64,000 nt of DNA from Nostoc sp. DedSLP01 (lineage in GTDB: Bacteria; Cyanobacteriota; Cyanobacteriia; Cyanobacteriales; Nostocaceae). How positions within the stretch are numbered: position 1 is the first letter of the stretch; every line of letters begins with the position of its first letter. The translations under genes and the position numbers were made by a program. A model generated the notes under the pieces. The model did not search any database and was not told the origin of the DNA. It was given only the letters and a program-made list of their open reading frames with translations. The stretch lies in the NCBI GenBank assembly GCA_034530875.2, contig JAVRCJ020000012.1:32001-96000 (forward strand). The letters are read 5' to 3'. Shown here piece by piece: positions 1 through 10,444 of this stretch.

Positions 1-1
1 A

Positions 2-466
2 CAATATGAAAAAGAACGCAATGTATCTAGGGATACACATATTCATATTGAAAAGATAATATATGGCAACACAAAGTCAGGAGATAATATTTTGAACGTT
101 TCAACTTTTGAACGTGGAATAGCACTTGCTATGGCTCTAGCGGTCTTAGTGACCTTTATTTTTCTTGTACTCAACCCACGCGCAATGGAAGGTAGTACTT
201 TAGCAATAATTAGATTTTTAGCAGCTACATTTGCTGGAATATCAGCTTATTTTTTCACAGGTACTCTTGGTTTAGAAGCACACGTACCTTTGAATAAAAC
301 TAATATTAAAGCTGGAGGAGCATTTGCAGCGTTTGTCCTTGTATTACTTCTATTCTTTTATGGAGTTCCAGCATCGGAGAATCAAAATAACTCTAAACCT
401 GTTTCAGATGCCAACACAACCAGAACAACGATCGCTAGCCTCAATCAACACAGCGATCGCCTTTGA
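2..466 (+). CDS. 3' part of a membrane protein, truncated by the window start; C-terminal region has about three TM helices
   Basis: The frame of ORF 92..466 stays open back to position 2 (QYEKERNVSRDTHIHIEKIIYGNTKSGDNILNV...), so the TTG at 92 is probably not the start; hydrophobic segments follow. Confidence 0.6.
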   Translation, partial: QYEKERNVSRDTHIHIEKIIYGNTKSGDNILNVSTFERGIALAMALAVLVTFIFLVLNPRAMEGSTLAIIRFLAATFAGISAYFFTGTLGLEAHVPLNKTNIKAGGAFAAFVLVLLLFFYGVPASENQNNSKPVSDANTTRTTIASLNQHSDRL

Positions 467-469
467 TTC

Positions 470-498
470 AGGTGCGTTATGCTACTGCTAACGCACCT
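470..498. terminator. Hairpin between convergent genes
   Basis: AGGTGCGTTA-N9-TAACGCACCT, a perfect 10-bp stem between the stops at 466 and 512. Confidence 0.5.
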
Positions 499-511
499 AT
501 GCAACGCCAAA

Positions 512-1660
512 TTACTTATGTAAAACTTGCCGTAATGCTGCTATCAGTTGGTCAACACTTTCCTTACGACTATTAAAGCCCATCAGTCCGACGCGCCAGA
601 CTTGACCGGCGAGTTCGCCAAGACCGCCGCCAATTTCAATATTATGTTCGTTGAGTAACTGCCGAGCGATCGCTTTGCCATCTACTCCTGCGGGAATGCG
701 GACGGTGGTAAGAGTTGGCAGTCGATATTCGCGCTCAACGTGCATACTCAATCCTATGTCTTCCAAGCTTTCCCAAAGATATTCTACGTTCTTTTGATGG
801 CGCTGCCAGCAGCTTGCTAATCCTTCTTCGGCGACTAAACGCAGTGCTTCCCGCAATGCATAGTATAAGTTAATCGGTGCTGTGTGGTGATAAACGCGAT
901 CGCTCCCCCAATATTTACTCAGCAAAGACATATCTAAATACCAATTAGCAACTTTCGTGCGACGCTTTTGCAATTTCTCGAATGCACGCGGACTCATGGT
1001 AAAAGGCGAAGCACCAGGGGGGCAGCCCAACCCTTTTTGACTGCAACTATAAGCGAGGTCAACACCCCAAGCATCTAATAATACAGGAGTACCACCCAGA
1101 CTTGTCACGGTATCTACTAATAGCAAAGTGCCAAATTCACGACACAAATCAGCAACTCCTTCCAAAGGTTGCCGCGCGCCTGTGGAAGTTTCGGCATGAA
1201 CCAAAGCTAGAATCGCTGGGCGATGAGTTTTAAGTGCGGTTTCCAGTTCTTCCAAGCTGAAAACTTGTCCCCAAGGCTTAGTAATGGTTCGCACATCAGC
1301 GCCATAACGTCCAGCCATATCCACGAGGCGATTCCCGAAGTAACCTGCTACACCAATCAAAACCACATCGCCGGGTTCGACGCTATTGGCGATGGTTGCT
1401 TCCATTGCGGCCGTTCCCGTACCGCTGACTGCAATAGTCAGTGGGTTTTCTGTTTGCCATACGTAACGTAGCAAAGACTGGATTTCATCCATGAGTGCGA
1501 GAAAAGCCGGGTCAAGATGCCCGACGGGTGAAGTATTCATCGCTTGCAGCACTGTGGGATGGGCATTGGAAGGGCCTGGCCCCAACAGTAAACGAGATGG
1601 AATTTCTAAAGGTGAAAGTTGCAAGCGCCCAGAATCGTTAATTGAAATTGTTGGCGTCAT
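512..1660 (-). CDS. Alanine-glyoxylate / serine-pyruvate aminotransferase (class V PLP enzyme)
   Basis: [33 protein letters not shown] and the PLP lysine motif SCSQKGL. Confidence 0.93.
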   Translation of the reverse strand: MTPTISINDSGRLQLSPLEIPSRLLLGPGPSNAHPTVLQAMNTSPVGHLDPAFLALMDEIQSLLRYVWQTENPLTIAVSGTGTAAMEATIANSVEPGDVVLIGVAGYFGNRLVDMAGRYGADVRTITKPWGQVFSLEELETALKTHRPAILALVHAETSTGARQPLEGVADLCREFGTLLLVDTVTSLGGTPVLLDAWGVDLAYSCSQKGLGCPPGASPFTMSPRAFEKLQKRRTKVANWYLDMSLLSKYWGSDRVYHHTAPINLYYALREALRLVAEEGLASCWQRHQKNVEYLWESLEDIGLSMHVEREYRLPTLTTVRIPAGVDGKAIARQLLNEHNIEIGGGLGELAGQVWRVGLMGFNSRKESVDQLIAALRQVLHK

Positions 1661-1935
1661 AATCTGTCTTTGCTTATACGGTACTTACCGCATCATAAAG
1701 CGATCGCAGACAATGGGGAATAGGGTAAAGATTAACTGCTTATTCCTGAAGGTAATAGGTGATTTTTACCATAATCAAATAAAATTCTTTTATCGGGCAT
1801 CTTAAAACAAGAGGGACAATGGTGAGAAAACCTTTATCCTTTTCCCAAAACCAAATTTTGAGTTAAAAATTATTAACAGAGTAGTCTTGCTTAACTAATT
1901 ACTTTGGAATTATTCACTTAGTAAGAAACACAATT

Positions 1936-2325
1936 ATGATTTTTGCAGGTAAACGGCCGAATAATTTAGGTGTGAGTAATGGGAAATTGGCATCTTGTCC
2001 TAACTCTCCTAACTGCGTTTCTAGTTACAGTACAGATGAAGTCCATCAAATTGCACCGCTAGCTTTTAACTCTAGTCCAGAATCAGCATTAGCGAATTTA
2101 AAAACGATTATTGAGTCTTTACCAAGAACCAAAATAATTACCGAAAGCCAAGACTATATTTATGCAGAATTTAAAAGCGCTTTAATGGGATTTGTGGATG
2201 ATGTAGAATTCTTTCTAGACAGGAATGCTAATGTAATTCAAGTGCGTTCCGCTTCACGTTTGGGTTATGGCGATTTGGGCGTAAATCGCCAAAGAATAGA
2301 GACAATTAGAGCCAAACTCAAATAA
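1936..2325 (+). CDS. DUF1499 family protein
   Basis: CPNSPNCVSS, FVDDVEF and RSASRLGYGDLGVNRQRIE motifs. Confidence 0.88.
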   Translation: MIFAGKRPNNLGVSNGKLASCPNSPNCVSSYSTDEVHQIAPLAFNSSPESALANLKTIIESLPRTKIITESQDYIYAEFKSALMGFVDDVEFFLDRNANVIQVRSASRLGYGDLGVNRQRIETIRAKLK

Positions 2326-2523
2326 AAACTCTGCCTTTCCAGTTCTGATTCGGATGATTATATTGGCAGGATAATCTAACTCAACATATTAAACTATACT
2401 ACTCCCTCTTCTCAGAAAAGTCAGTCCAAAGTATGAGAATTTAGTCTCTATACTTACAGAAAGAGGAAATTGGACTTTAAGTTTTTTACCATGAACTTAC
2501 GTGAAGAGAATCGGAGTAAGTTT

Positions 2524-2769
2524 ATGCCAGATCAAACAACAAATCAATTACCTGAAGATATCAAACAACAATTGCCCGAACACGCACAGCAGATTTTTGC
2601 AGCAGCCTTCAGCGCTGCCCAAAAAGATGGTTTGAGCGAAGAAGGCGCTCGTGAAGTTGCTTGGAATAGCGTCAGAAATGAGTACGAACCAGGCAGCAAT
2701 GGTCAATGGCAGAGAAAGGGTGAAGATACTGCCATACATAATAAATCTGTTACCTCTGGTGGCAATTAA
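2524..2769 (+). CDS. chaB: ChaB family protein
   Basis: LPEDIKQQLPEHAQQIFAAAF...AREVAWNSV...W; the ATG at 2524 is the likely start. Confidence 0.8.
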   Translation: MPDQTTNQLPEDIKQQLPEHAQQIFAAAFSAAQKDGLSEEGAREVAWNSVRNEYEPGSNGQWQRKGEDTAIHNKSVTSGGN

Positions 2770-2805
2770 TTAAACATAATCCTTTCCAGTTCTAGCGTAA
2801 GACTT

Positions 2806-2857
2806 TAAGGGGAATTTTATTCTAACGAAGCAAGGATAAAATTCTCCTTTACTTTTT
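2806..2857 (+). terminator. Probable intrinsic terminator after chaB
   Basis: Imperfect stem TAAGGGGAATTTTATTCT...GGATAAAATTCTCCTTTA followed by a T-rich run. Confidence 0.5.
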
Positions 2858-2933
2858 TACCAGTTCTGCAACAAAATAGAGACTTAGAGAAAGTATAATA
2901 ATTCAATATTAGCGATAAAAAGTATAAATAAAA

Positions 2934-3512
2934 ATGTTAATTCAAAAAGACGAAATTACAATTCGTCTCATGCAAGATGAAATGTATGATTATGAGTTGA
3001 TGGCAAAATGGCTGACCGATAAAAAAGTATTGGAATTTTATGAAGGCAGAGATAATCCTTTTCCCTTAGAAAGAGTTATAGAAACATACAAACCGATAAC
3101 TCAAGGAGATGAGCCAATAATTGGCTGTCTATTTTCATATCAAAATATTGTCATTGGTTATTTACAGTATTGTGCCCTCAATGACTTACTAGAAACAGAT
3201 AGGCAATTATATCATTTAGAACAAACTGATGGCGTTTATGCCATTGACTTATTTATCGGGGAAAGCCAGTATTGGAATCAAGGAATTGGCACAAAAATCG
3301 TGTCGTTAATTGTCAACTATCTTTTTGAAGAACTAGAAGCAAAGAAAATTGTCATTGACCCCCACGTTGACAATTCCCGCGCTCTGCGCTGCTATGAAAA
3401 GTGTGGTTTTGTAAAGGTAAAGTTATTGCCTGACCACGAACTCCATGAGGGAGAATATTCTGATTGTTGGCTGATGGCAATCGAGCCAAAGAAATCATTA
3501 CACTTAAGTTAG
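2934..3512 (+). CDS. GNAT acetyltransferase resembling the AAC(6')-Ie domain
   Basis: KWLTDKKVLEFYEGRD, DLFIGESQYWNQGIGT, DPHVDNSRALRCYEKCGF, LPDHELHEG. Confidence 0.8.
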   Translation: MLIQKDEITIRLMQDEMYDYELMAKWLTDKKVLEFYEGRDNPFPLERVIETYKPITQGDEPIIGCLFSYQNIVIGYLQYCALNDLLETDRQLYHLEQTDGVYAIDLFIGESQYWNQGIGTKIVSLIVNYLFEELEAKKIVIDPHVDNSRALRCYEKCGFVKVKLLPDHELHEGEYSDCWLMAIEPKKSLHLS

Positions 3513-3546
3513 TTGCCCTGCTACCATTGACTGTCCCATAGAATCG

Positions 3547-4740
3547 ATGACTCAACAAACTTCTAGAATCTGCATCCTTGGTGGAGGCTTCGGTGGTCTC
3601 TACACAGCCTTGCGTTTAAGCCAGTTACCTTGGGAATCTACACAAAAACCCGAAATTGTTTTGGTAGATCGAAGCGATCGCTTTCTATTTTCTCCTTTAC
3701 TTTACGAATTACTCACTGGCGAACTGCAAACCTGGGAAATTGCCCCGCCTTTTGAAGAACTTTTACAAGGCACAGGAGTACGTTTTTATCAAGGAGCCGT
3801 ATCTGGAATTGACATCGACCAGCAACGGGTAAACTTACACGAAGGGCCAGAAATTGCTTACGACCGATTAGTGCTGGCGCTAGGAGGAGAGACACCGCTA
3901 GATTTAGTACCCGGTGCAGCAGCCTACGCCTACCCATTCCGGACAATCTCCGACGCCTATCGTTTGGAAGAACGCCTGCGATTTTTGGAAGAATCTGACG
4001 CTGATAAAATTCGAGTGGCGATCGTTGGGGCTGGCTACTCTGGTGTAGAGTTAGCTTGTAAGTTAGCCGACAGACTCGGCGAGAAAGGACGCTTTCGGCT
4101 GGTTGAAATCACCGACCAAATCTTACGAACTTCCCCAGAATTTAACCGTGAAGCAGCAAAGAAAGCTTTAGAAGCCCGCGGCGTATTTCTCGATTTAGAA
4201 ACCAAAGTAGAATTAATCGGGCCAGATACCATCTCCCTAGAGTATAAAAATCAGGTAGACGCAATTCCCGTGGAATTAGTCATTTGGACAGTAGGAACGC
4301 GAGTCGCACCAGTAGTAAAATCGCTTCCCCTCAAGCAAAATCAGCGCGGCCAAATTATCACCACATCGACTTTGCAAGTCTTTGAACATCCAGAAATCTT
4401 CGCCTTGGGAGATTTAGCAGAGTCTCATGATGCCGAAGGACAGCAAGTCCCCGCCACCGCCCAAGCAGCTTTCCAACAAGCTGATTACACCGCTTGGAAT
4501 ATCTGGGCTTCTTTAACGAATCGTCCCCTACTTCCCTTCCGCTATCAACACTTAGGAGAAATGATGGCACTGGGGAAAGACAACGCCACCCTTACCAGCT
4601 TAGGAATCAAGCTAGACGGACCTTTTGCATACATCGGTCGTCGTCTTGCTTATTTATACAGATTGCCGACTTTAGACCATCAGCTGAAAGTTGGTTTTAA
4701 TTGGCTAGTCCGTCCTATTATAGATACACTTTCTAAATAG
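3547..4740 (+). CDS. ndbB: Type II NAD(P)H dehydrogenase-family flavoprotein (NdbB / demethylphylloquinone reductase type)
   Basis: Two Rossmann motifs (GGGFGG, GAGYSGVE), FSPLLYELL, PATAQAAFQQ. Confidence 0.75.
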   Translation: MTQQTSRICILGGGFGGLYTALRLSQLPWESTQKPEIVLVDRSDRFLFSPLLYELLTGELQTWEIAPPFEELLQGTGVRFYQGAVSGIDIDQQRVNLHEGPEIAYDRLVLALGGETPLDLVPGAAAYAYPFRTISDAYRLEERLRFLEESDADKIRVAIVGAGYSGVELACKLADRLGEKGRFRLVEITDQILRTSPEFNREAAKKALEARGVFLDLETKVELIGPDTISLEYKNQVDAIPVELVIWTVGTRVAPVVKSLPLKQNQRGQIITTSTLQVFEHPEIFALGDLAESHDAEGQQVPATAQAAFQQADYTAWNIWASLTNRPLLPFRYQHLGEMMALGKDNATLTSLGIKLDGPFAYIGRRLAYLYRLPTLDHQLKVGFNWLVRPIIDTLSK

Positions 4741-4878
4741 GGACTGGGGACTGGATACTGGGTATTAGGAAGAGGCAAGGGTAGAGGAAATTCGGACAAA
4801 GTAAAAACACTGACTGTAACTTCTCCATTGCTACCCATTTCCCAGTCCCTAGTCCCCAGTCCCCAGTCCCCAGTCCCC
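4741..4878. repeat. STRR heptamer arrays (CCCCAGT type), two blocks in inverted orientation
   Basis: GGACTGGGGACTGG... at 4741 and CCCAGTCCCTAGTCCCCAGTCCCCAGTCCCCAGT at about 4842-4878. Confidence 0.85.
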
Positions 4879-4881
4879 ATT

Positions 4882-5529
4882 ATGGAACAACCGAAAGTTA
4901 TTTTTTTAGATGCTGTGGGCACACTGTTTGATGTTAAAGGCAGTGTGGGTGAAGTTTACAGTCAAATAGCTCAAGATTTTGGCGTTACAGTTTCTCCTGA
5001 GATCTTAAATAAAGCTTTCATCCAAAGCTTTAAAGCATCGCCGCCACCTATGTTTCCAGACGCAGAACTCCAAGATATTCCCCAACGCGAGTTTGATTGG
5101 TGGCGGATAATTGCCCTGAATACTTTTGAAAGTGCGGGCGTTCTCGACCAATTTTCTGACTTTTCGGCTTTTTTTAGTGAATTATATATCCACTTTGGTA
5201 CCGGCGAACCGTGGTTTGTTTATCCTGATGTCATGCCAGCTTTAATAAATTGGCGACAGTTAGGAATTACCTTAGGAGTGCTTTCTAATTTTGATTCGCG
5301 GATTTATTCAGTATTGCAAAGTTTGGGATTGAGAGATTTTTTTAGTTCTATCACGATTTCTACCCACGTGCGTGCAGCTAAACCCGATCCTCAAATTTTT
5401 GCTATTGCCTTAAACAAACATAAATGTTCCCCAGAAGCAGCATGGCATATTGGCGATAGCATTGTTGAAGATTACCACGGAGCGAAAGCTGCTGGCTTGA
5501 AAGCTGTTTGGATTAACCGTGGGAAATGA
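4882..5529 (+). CDS. HAD-IA family hydrolase
   Basis: FLDAVGTL, SNFDSR, KPDPQIF and HIGDS motifs; start at MEQPK, since the upstream extension is STRR-derived. Confidence 0.9.
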   Translation: MEQPKVIFLDAVGTLFDVKGSVGEVYSQIAQDFGVTVSPEILNKAFIQSFKASPPPMFPDAELQDIPQREFDWWRIIALNTFESAGVLDQFSDFSAFFSELYIHFGTGEPWFVYPDVMPALINWRQLGITLGVLSNFDSRIYSVLQSLGLRDFFSSITISTHVRAAKPDPQIFAIALNKHKCSPEAAWHIGDSIVEDYHGAKAAGLKAVWINRGK

Positions 5530-5608
5530 TGAGTGCTGACACGATTTGCTCGTCTGGCTTGGGTTTGAGTAATCTGCTGTCTCGTAAAGCTGGAAAATCG
5601 CTTAATCT

Positions 5609-6652
5609 ATGAGTAAGTTTTCACCTTATCGACCTGATTACACTTTTGTAGAAAAAGTTAATCGTACACGTGTATTAGTGGGAGCAAGCAGCAAGGCAAT
5701 TTGGAAATTAATCAGTCAAGGTTGTGGGTTTGCTGCTTCAGTTGAAATCACCGACCGTTGTAATGCAGGCTGTCACTACTGTTATGTGTATCCTTCCCAT
5801 TGGGATCAGCAGCAACGAATGGCTGGCTATCTCCAGTTAACTCCTCAAGAACATCGCAACAATGAACTACAAGTATTTGAGGTACTAGAAAAACTCCACA
5901 AAAAAGGAGTTGTGCATTTAACTCTTGTAGGTGGCGAACCTGCTTTAGCGCCGAAAGTTATCCAACATGCCGCACAGATATTTCCTATTGTTTGGGTTGT
6001 CAGCAATGGGGCTGCTAAATTACCCCCGCTACCCAATTCAGTTAGTGTATTTATCAGCCTTGATGGTCTCAAAGAGTATCACAACCGATCGAGAGATCCC
6101 AAGGGATATTTCGATAAGAACCATTATGGCAACTTGACGGGTATGAGTGCGGCGATCGCGCGAAATATTAATGAATCAGAACGAGGTGCATTTATTCATC
6201 TAACCCTTACCCCACCTGTAATTTCTCAGTTTTCTGAAATTGTTGATTGGCTAGTAGCAGATATTAAGAAGTTAAGAGGAATTGTTGTGTCGGGTGCAAC
6301 CGTACAAAATCATCTCGACCCTTTGGCTTTCAAATTAGAAGATAGGCAACGATTAAAACAATTGATTGCAAACAAAGCCCAAGAATACGGGTGGCAATTG
6401 TTTCCTTTTAACAAACCGAAAGTTAATCAATTTTTATTTGATGAGAAATACATTATTCGCAAAGCTTCAGATTGTGTAATTGCCCGCAGAATTGAGAGTT
6501 TAGATTTTAACGGCAACAGTGTTGGCAAGTGTATATTGCGAAACCAAGCAGTTTGTGAAACTTGTGTCTGCAACATGACAGGCTTACAAAGAGCGATAGA
6601 AAAGTTTGATATTTCTACTATCCGTGGGGTAATTTCTACGTTATTTAGTTGA
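5609..6652 (+). CDS. Radical SAM protein with a C-terminal Cys-rich (twitch/SPASM-like) region
   Basis: CNAGCHYC (CxxxCxxC), GGEP, SNG, SLDG; C-terminal C...CILRNQAVCETCVC. Confidence 0.88.
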   Translation: MSKFSPYRPDYTFVEKVNRTRVLVGASSKAIWKLISQGCGFAASVEITDRCNAGCHYCYVYPSHWDQQQRMAGYLQLTPQEHRNNELQVFEVLEKLHKKGVVHLTLVGGEPALAPKVIQHAAQIFPIVWVVSNGAAKLPPLPNSVSVFISLDGLKEYHNRSRDPKGYFDKNHYGNLTGMSAAIARNINESERGAFIHLTLTPPVISQFSEIVDWLVADIKKLRGIVVSGATVQNHLDPLAFKLEDRQRLKQLIANKAQEYGWQLFPFNKPKVNQFLFDEKYIIRKASDCVIARRIESLDFNGNSVGKCILRNQAVCETCVCNMTGLQRAIEKFDISTIRGVISTLFS

Positions 6653-6743
6653 TACCAAGTTGCAATCAAAGATAGTAACTTGGGCTGGCAGTAGAGAGTG
6701 GGGAGTGGGGAATAGGAATACTATTTCTGAACGCAACTTAGTA
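6653..6743. mobile_element. 91-bp MITE-like element inserted at the radical SAM stop codon
   Basis: Terminal inverted repeats TACCAAGTTGC / GCAACTTAGTA; TGA is duplicated on both sides (6650-6652 and 6744-6746). Confidence 0.6.
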
Positions 6744-7062
6744 TGAACTACAAAATTCAACTTTACTATTTGCTAAAACCCTACCTTATATCTTGCATCA
6801 AGCGATTAGAAATCGCGGCTACACAGACAAAACCCGCCTGCGCGGATTGAAAAAACTTGATTTTGTGTTAGTCCGCGTAGGCTACCCGCTGTATTTGCCG
6901 CATCCTTTTTTTAAATTTATCTTAGTACTTTAGTACTACTAAAAGTAAAGTATTAAGCAAATATTAAGCATATCTACTTATACGTCTTGAGAAAGTAGTT
7001 TAGAAATAAGGAGAGGTATATTGTATAGATATTATAAATTATTTTGACAAAAGAGAAAAAAT

Positions 7063-7227
7063 ATGAATAAAAGACCAGAAATCCCCAATAAAGCTTACAT
7101 TTGGGCAAATATTGATTTTGATAAAGTTAAAAATAGAATAAACGTGGTAACTTCTAAGATTGAGCATGTTATCGAGAAGTACCACTTTTCAAGTAAACCT
7201 CGTGACTCAGGCAAAAAAAACTCTTAG
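7063..7227 (+). CDS. Possible 54-aa small protein
   Basis: Hand-translated ORF MNKRPEIPNKAYIWANIDFDKVKNRINVVTSKIEHVIEKYHFSSKPRDSGKKNS, downstream of an AT-rich region; no family recognised. Confidence 0.3.
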   Translation: MNKRPEIPNKAYIWANIDFDKVKNRINVVTSKIEHVIEKYHFSSKPRDSGKKNS

Positions 7228-7263
7228 GTTGTCTTTAGGGCGATTGCAATTGAGATTTTTTGC

Positions 7264-8184
7264 TTAAGAACGCCTGACATTCAAGCAACACCATTCTTTG
7301 CGCTTCCACAAGGTAGCAACCACCCAACCATGTTTTTCTAAGGTGTCAGCGACAGCTTTAGATTGTTCGAGTAGAATACCGCTGAAAATAGCCCAAGTGT
7401 CAGGCTTAGCGATCGCACTTATTTCTGGAACCAACTCGATTATCACGTTCGCCAAAATATTGCAAACGATTCCATCGACTGGGCTTTCCAGCAGTTTTGT
7501 CAAAACGTCTACACTTCCTAGTGCGGGTATTAAACGTTCTGCACTAATCTCATTCAAGGTGCGATTGCTGATAGTTGATTGTACTGCCAATGGGTCATTA
7601 TCAACCGCGTAGACTTTCTCTGCCCCTAGTAGCAATGCTCCAATAGAAAGGATACCGGAACCGCAGCCAATATCTGCAATTACCGCATGTTCTTGTTTGG
7701 TGCTATTGCCCACAAATGATTGTGCTATTCCACCCAGACGCATTTCCAGGGATTCTAGACACAGCTGAGTCGTGGCATGGTTTCCCGTACCAAATGCTAC
7801 ACCAGGGTCGAGACGGATTACTAGCCGTTCGGTTGTTTCTGGTAATGGTAACCAAGCGGGGTTAATGAGAAAGCGATCGCCAATTTCTTGGGGTTGCCAG
7901 TATTGCTTCCAGCTAGTCGCCCAATCTTCTTCATCAATCAATTGCCAGCGCAGGGTAGGAGTTGCAAGTCCTACACACAGCGCATCTTGACGCAGCCGCA
8001 GCGATAGTGCTGCCAAATCTAGTAGTTGTGTTTGAATTGTCGGCAAGTAACCCCTGATTAAAGAGGAATTTCCTTTACTTTCACTGGCTGTGCCACGACA
8101 GCCAAAATCTTCCAGCCGCCAAAAGATAGAATCTTCTAGGTCTGGTTCGCATAAAATTTGTAATTCCCACCAGGTGTTTGCCAT
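7264..8184 (-). CDS. prmA: Ribosomal protein L11 methyltransferase
   Basis: [41 protein letters not shown]. Confidence 0.96.
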   Translation of the reverse strand: MANTWWELQILCEPDLEDSIFWRLEDFGCRGTASESKGNSSLIRGYLPTIQTQLLDLAALSLRLRQDALCVGLATPTLRWQLIDEEDWATSWKQYWQPQEIGDRFLINPAWLPLPETTERLVIRLDPGVAFGTGNHATTQLCLESLEMRLGGIAQSFVGNSTKQEHAVIADIGCGSGILSIGALLLGAEKVYAVDNDPLAVQSTISNRTLNEISAERLIPALGSVDVLTKLLESPVDGIVCNILANVIIELVPEISAIAKPDTWAIFSGILLEQSKAVADTLEKHGWVVATLWKRKEWCCLNVRRS

Positions 8185-8212
8185 ATTTGAGTGCTGAGTG
8201 CAGAGTATGAGA

Positions 8213-8310
8213 GAGTTAGGAGTTAAGAGTTAGGAGTTAGGAGTTAAGAGTTAGGAGTTAAGAGTTTTAGTTTTTAACTTTTAACTTCTCACTACTCACT
8301 CCTAACTTTT
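8213..8310. repeat. STRR heptamer array (GAGTTAG/GAGTTAA) with a complementary block
   Basis: Tandem GAGTTAGGAGTTAAGAGTTAG... between serA and prmA. Confidence 0.8.
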
Positions 8311-8330
8311 TTCACTCAACACTCAGCACT

Positions 8331-9911
8331 TTACAGAGTTACTGTATACGCATCCCGAATGCCAGGGACTTTAATAATCTCATCTAAGATGCCCTCAGGT
8401 AAAGGGTCATCTATGCTCAGAGCCATGACTGCATCACCACGGACGATTTTTCGACCGACTTGCATACTGGCAATGTTCACATTAAAACTGCCGAGTAGCG
8501 AACCGAGTTTACCGATAATTCCCGGCATGTCGCGGTGGAGAGTAAACAGCATATATTTACTGGGTGGAACGTTAATCGGAAAGCCATCAACGTCGGTGAG
8601 ATGGATTTCTCTCTCGCCCAACAAAGCGCCTGTGACAGAATGAGTACCTAAAGTACCTGTAGCTTCTAGATGCAGCGTACCTGCATAATCTCTAATGGAA
8701 GTATCGCGGGTTTCAATTACCCGAATTCCGCGTTCTTTGGCTTCGATGCTGGCATTGACGTAATTTACACGTTCGCGCAAAGCTTGGTAAAGCAATCCTT
8801 TGAGGGCAGCTACTACCAAAGGCTGACTTTTGTTGGTTGCAAGTTCGCCTTGGAGTCGCACATTTAGGACTTCAACTCGTCCGCCAGCTAGCTGTCCGAC
8901 TAGATTACCTAGAGTTTCTGCTAGTTGCATGTAGGGTTTGAGTTCTTCCAAGACATCGGGGCCGAGTCCGGGGATGTTGACGGCTGAACGTGCGGGTAGC
9001 CCTAACAGTACATCCCGAATTTGTTCGGCGACATCAATGGCTACATTTACTTGCGCTTCCGTTGTCGATGCTCCCAAGTGGGGGGTGAGGATGACTTCCT
9101 TACCTAGCGATCGCAATTCCGATTCTCCCAGCGGTTCTGACTCGAATACATCTAAGGCTGCACCTGCGATTTTACCAGCTTTGATTGCTGCTGCCAAAGC
9201 TGTTTCCTCAATAATCCCACCACGAGCGCAGTTAACAATCCGGACTGTGGCTTTCATCTTTGCCAGAGTTACGGCATTGATTAAGTGGGTGGTTTCTGGG
9301 GTTTTTGGGATGTGTAGGGTGATATAATCTGCTTGCTGGAAGAGCAAGTCTAGTTCTACTAACTGACAGCCAATTTGTTCGGCCCGTTCTGTGGAGATAA
9401 AGGGGTCATAAGCGAGTAATTTCATCCCCATAGCCTTAGCCACAGCAGCTACATGGGAGCCAATTTTACCCAAACCGACAATACCGAGAGTTTTTTTGTA
9501 GACTTCTGCACCGATAAAGCTATTGCGATCCCATGCGCCACGTTTGACTGAAGCATTTGCATCGGGGATGTGGCGAGACAAAGCTAGAATCATGGCTATA
9601 GCATGTTCGGCAGCAGCGATGGTATTTCCTTCGGGAGAATTGACTACAACAATTCCTCGGCGTGTGGCGGCGGGAACATCCACATTATCCACACCTACCC
9701 CAGCGCGGCCGATGATTTTTAGCTGGGTACCAGCTTCAATAATTTCTTGGGTGACGCGCGTACCAGAACGAATCATTAGCGCGTCGTACTCACCAATAAT
9801 TTCTATCAATTCTGCTGGTTTTAGACCTGTTTTGACATCAACAGTTGCAACTTGGGAAAGAATGTCAATTCCAGCTTGGTCAATGGAATCAGAGACAAGA
9901 ACCTTAGACAT
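8331..9911 (-). CDS. serA: D-3-phosphoglycerate dehydrogenase
   Basis: RAGVGVDNVD, GLGKIG, NCARGG, TPHLGAST and a C-terminal ACT domain (HRDMPGIIG). Confidence 0.97.
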   Translation of the reverse strand: MSKVLVSDSIDQAGIDILSQVATVDVKTGLKPAELIEIIGEYDALMIRSGTRVTQEIIEAGTQLKIIGRAGVGVDNVDVPAATRRGIVVVNSPEGNTIAAAEHAIAMILALSRHIPDANASVKRGAWDRNSFIGAEVYKKTLGIVGLGKIGSHVAAVAKAMGMKLLAYDPFISTERAEQIGCQLVELDLLFQQADYITLHIPKTPETTHLINAVTLAKMKATVRIVNCARGGIIEETALAAAIKAGKIAGAALDVFESEPLGESELRSLGKEVILTPHLGASTTEAQVNVAIDVAEQIRDVLLGLPARSAVNIPGLGPDVLEELKPYMQLAETLGNLVGQLAGGRVEVLNVRLQGELATNKSQPLVVAALKGLLYQALRERVNYVNASIEAKERGIRVIETRDTSIRDYAGTLHLEATGTLGTHSVTGALLGEREIHLTDVDGFPINVPPSKYMLFTLHRDMPGIIGKLGSLLGSFNVNIASMQVGRKIVRGDAVMALSIDDPLPEGILDEIIKVPGIRDAYTVTL

Positions 9912-10444
9912 GATTACTTTATTTAAAGCTACAGGTTTTGCTGCACAAGACTTTTTAGTTTAGTCTTTATCTGCCGCAATTCAGCAAAAATTATTCGTTT
10001 GAATATCAACTTAACCTTGAGTTACAGTGCGTGCTGATAGTATGCGATCGCCAGTTGCTTGGTAGTAATGGCTGCTGCCTCCTAGTCCTTAAACATGAGT
10101 GGGTGTTTACACTACCCTGTCGCTAAATATAAAGCATGAATGGCATCCCACTCTATATATTTATCAATAGTTAAGAGTTACCAAAGAATTTTGTCGGCTT
10201 CAGCAACTTTGCGGAATATGGCAGATTGGTCAGCTAAACTAGCCGAGGCTTTTGTTTGCTTGCTGGAGGTATTTTAGACGAGGCTAAGCAATACGTTTTG
10301 GTTAAAAGGGAAAGGGTTTTTTCTTATCCCTTTCCCCTTTCCCCGACTTCTGCAAGAAGTCTAATATGTGTTCCACTAAAAATCGCTATAATTCTGGTGA
10401 CCCAAAAAAACCCAGTATTATTTGAGTTTTCGGGAAACCAAGCC

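Noticed and set aside
10256..10444. N-terminal extension of the Uma2 ORF (also the extensions at 4828-4881 and 44367-44480)
   Set aside because: These cross repeat or promoter DNA, and downstream ATGs fit the family start or the RBS better
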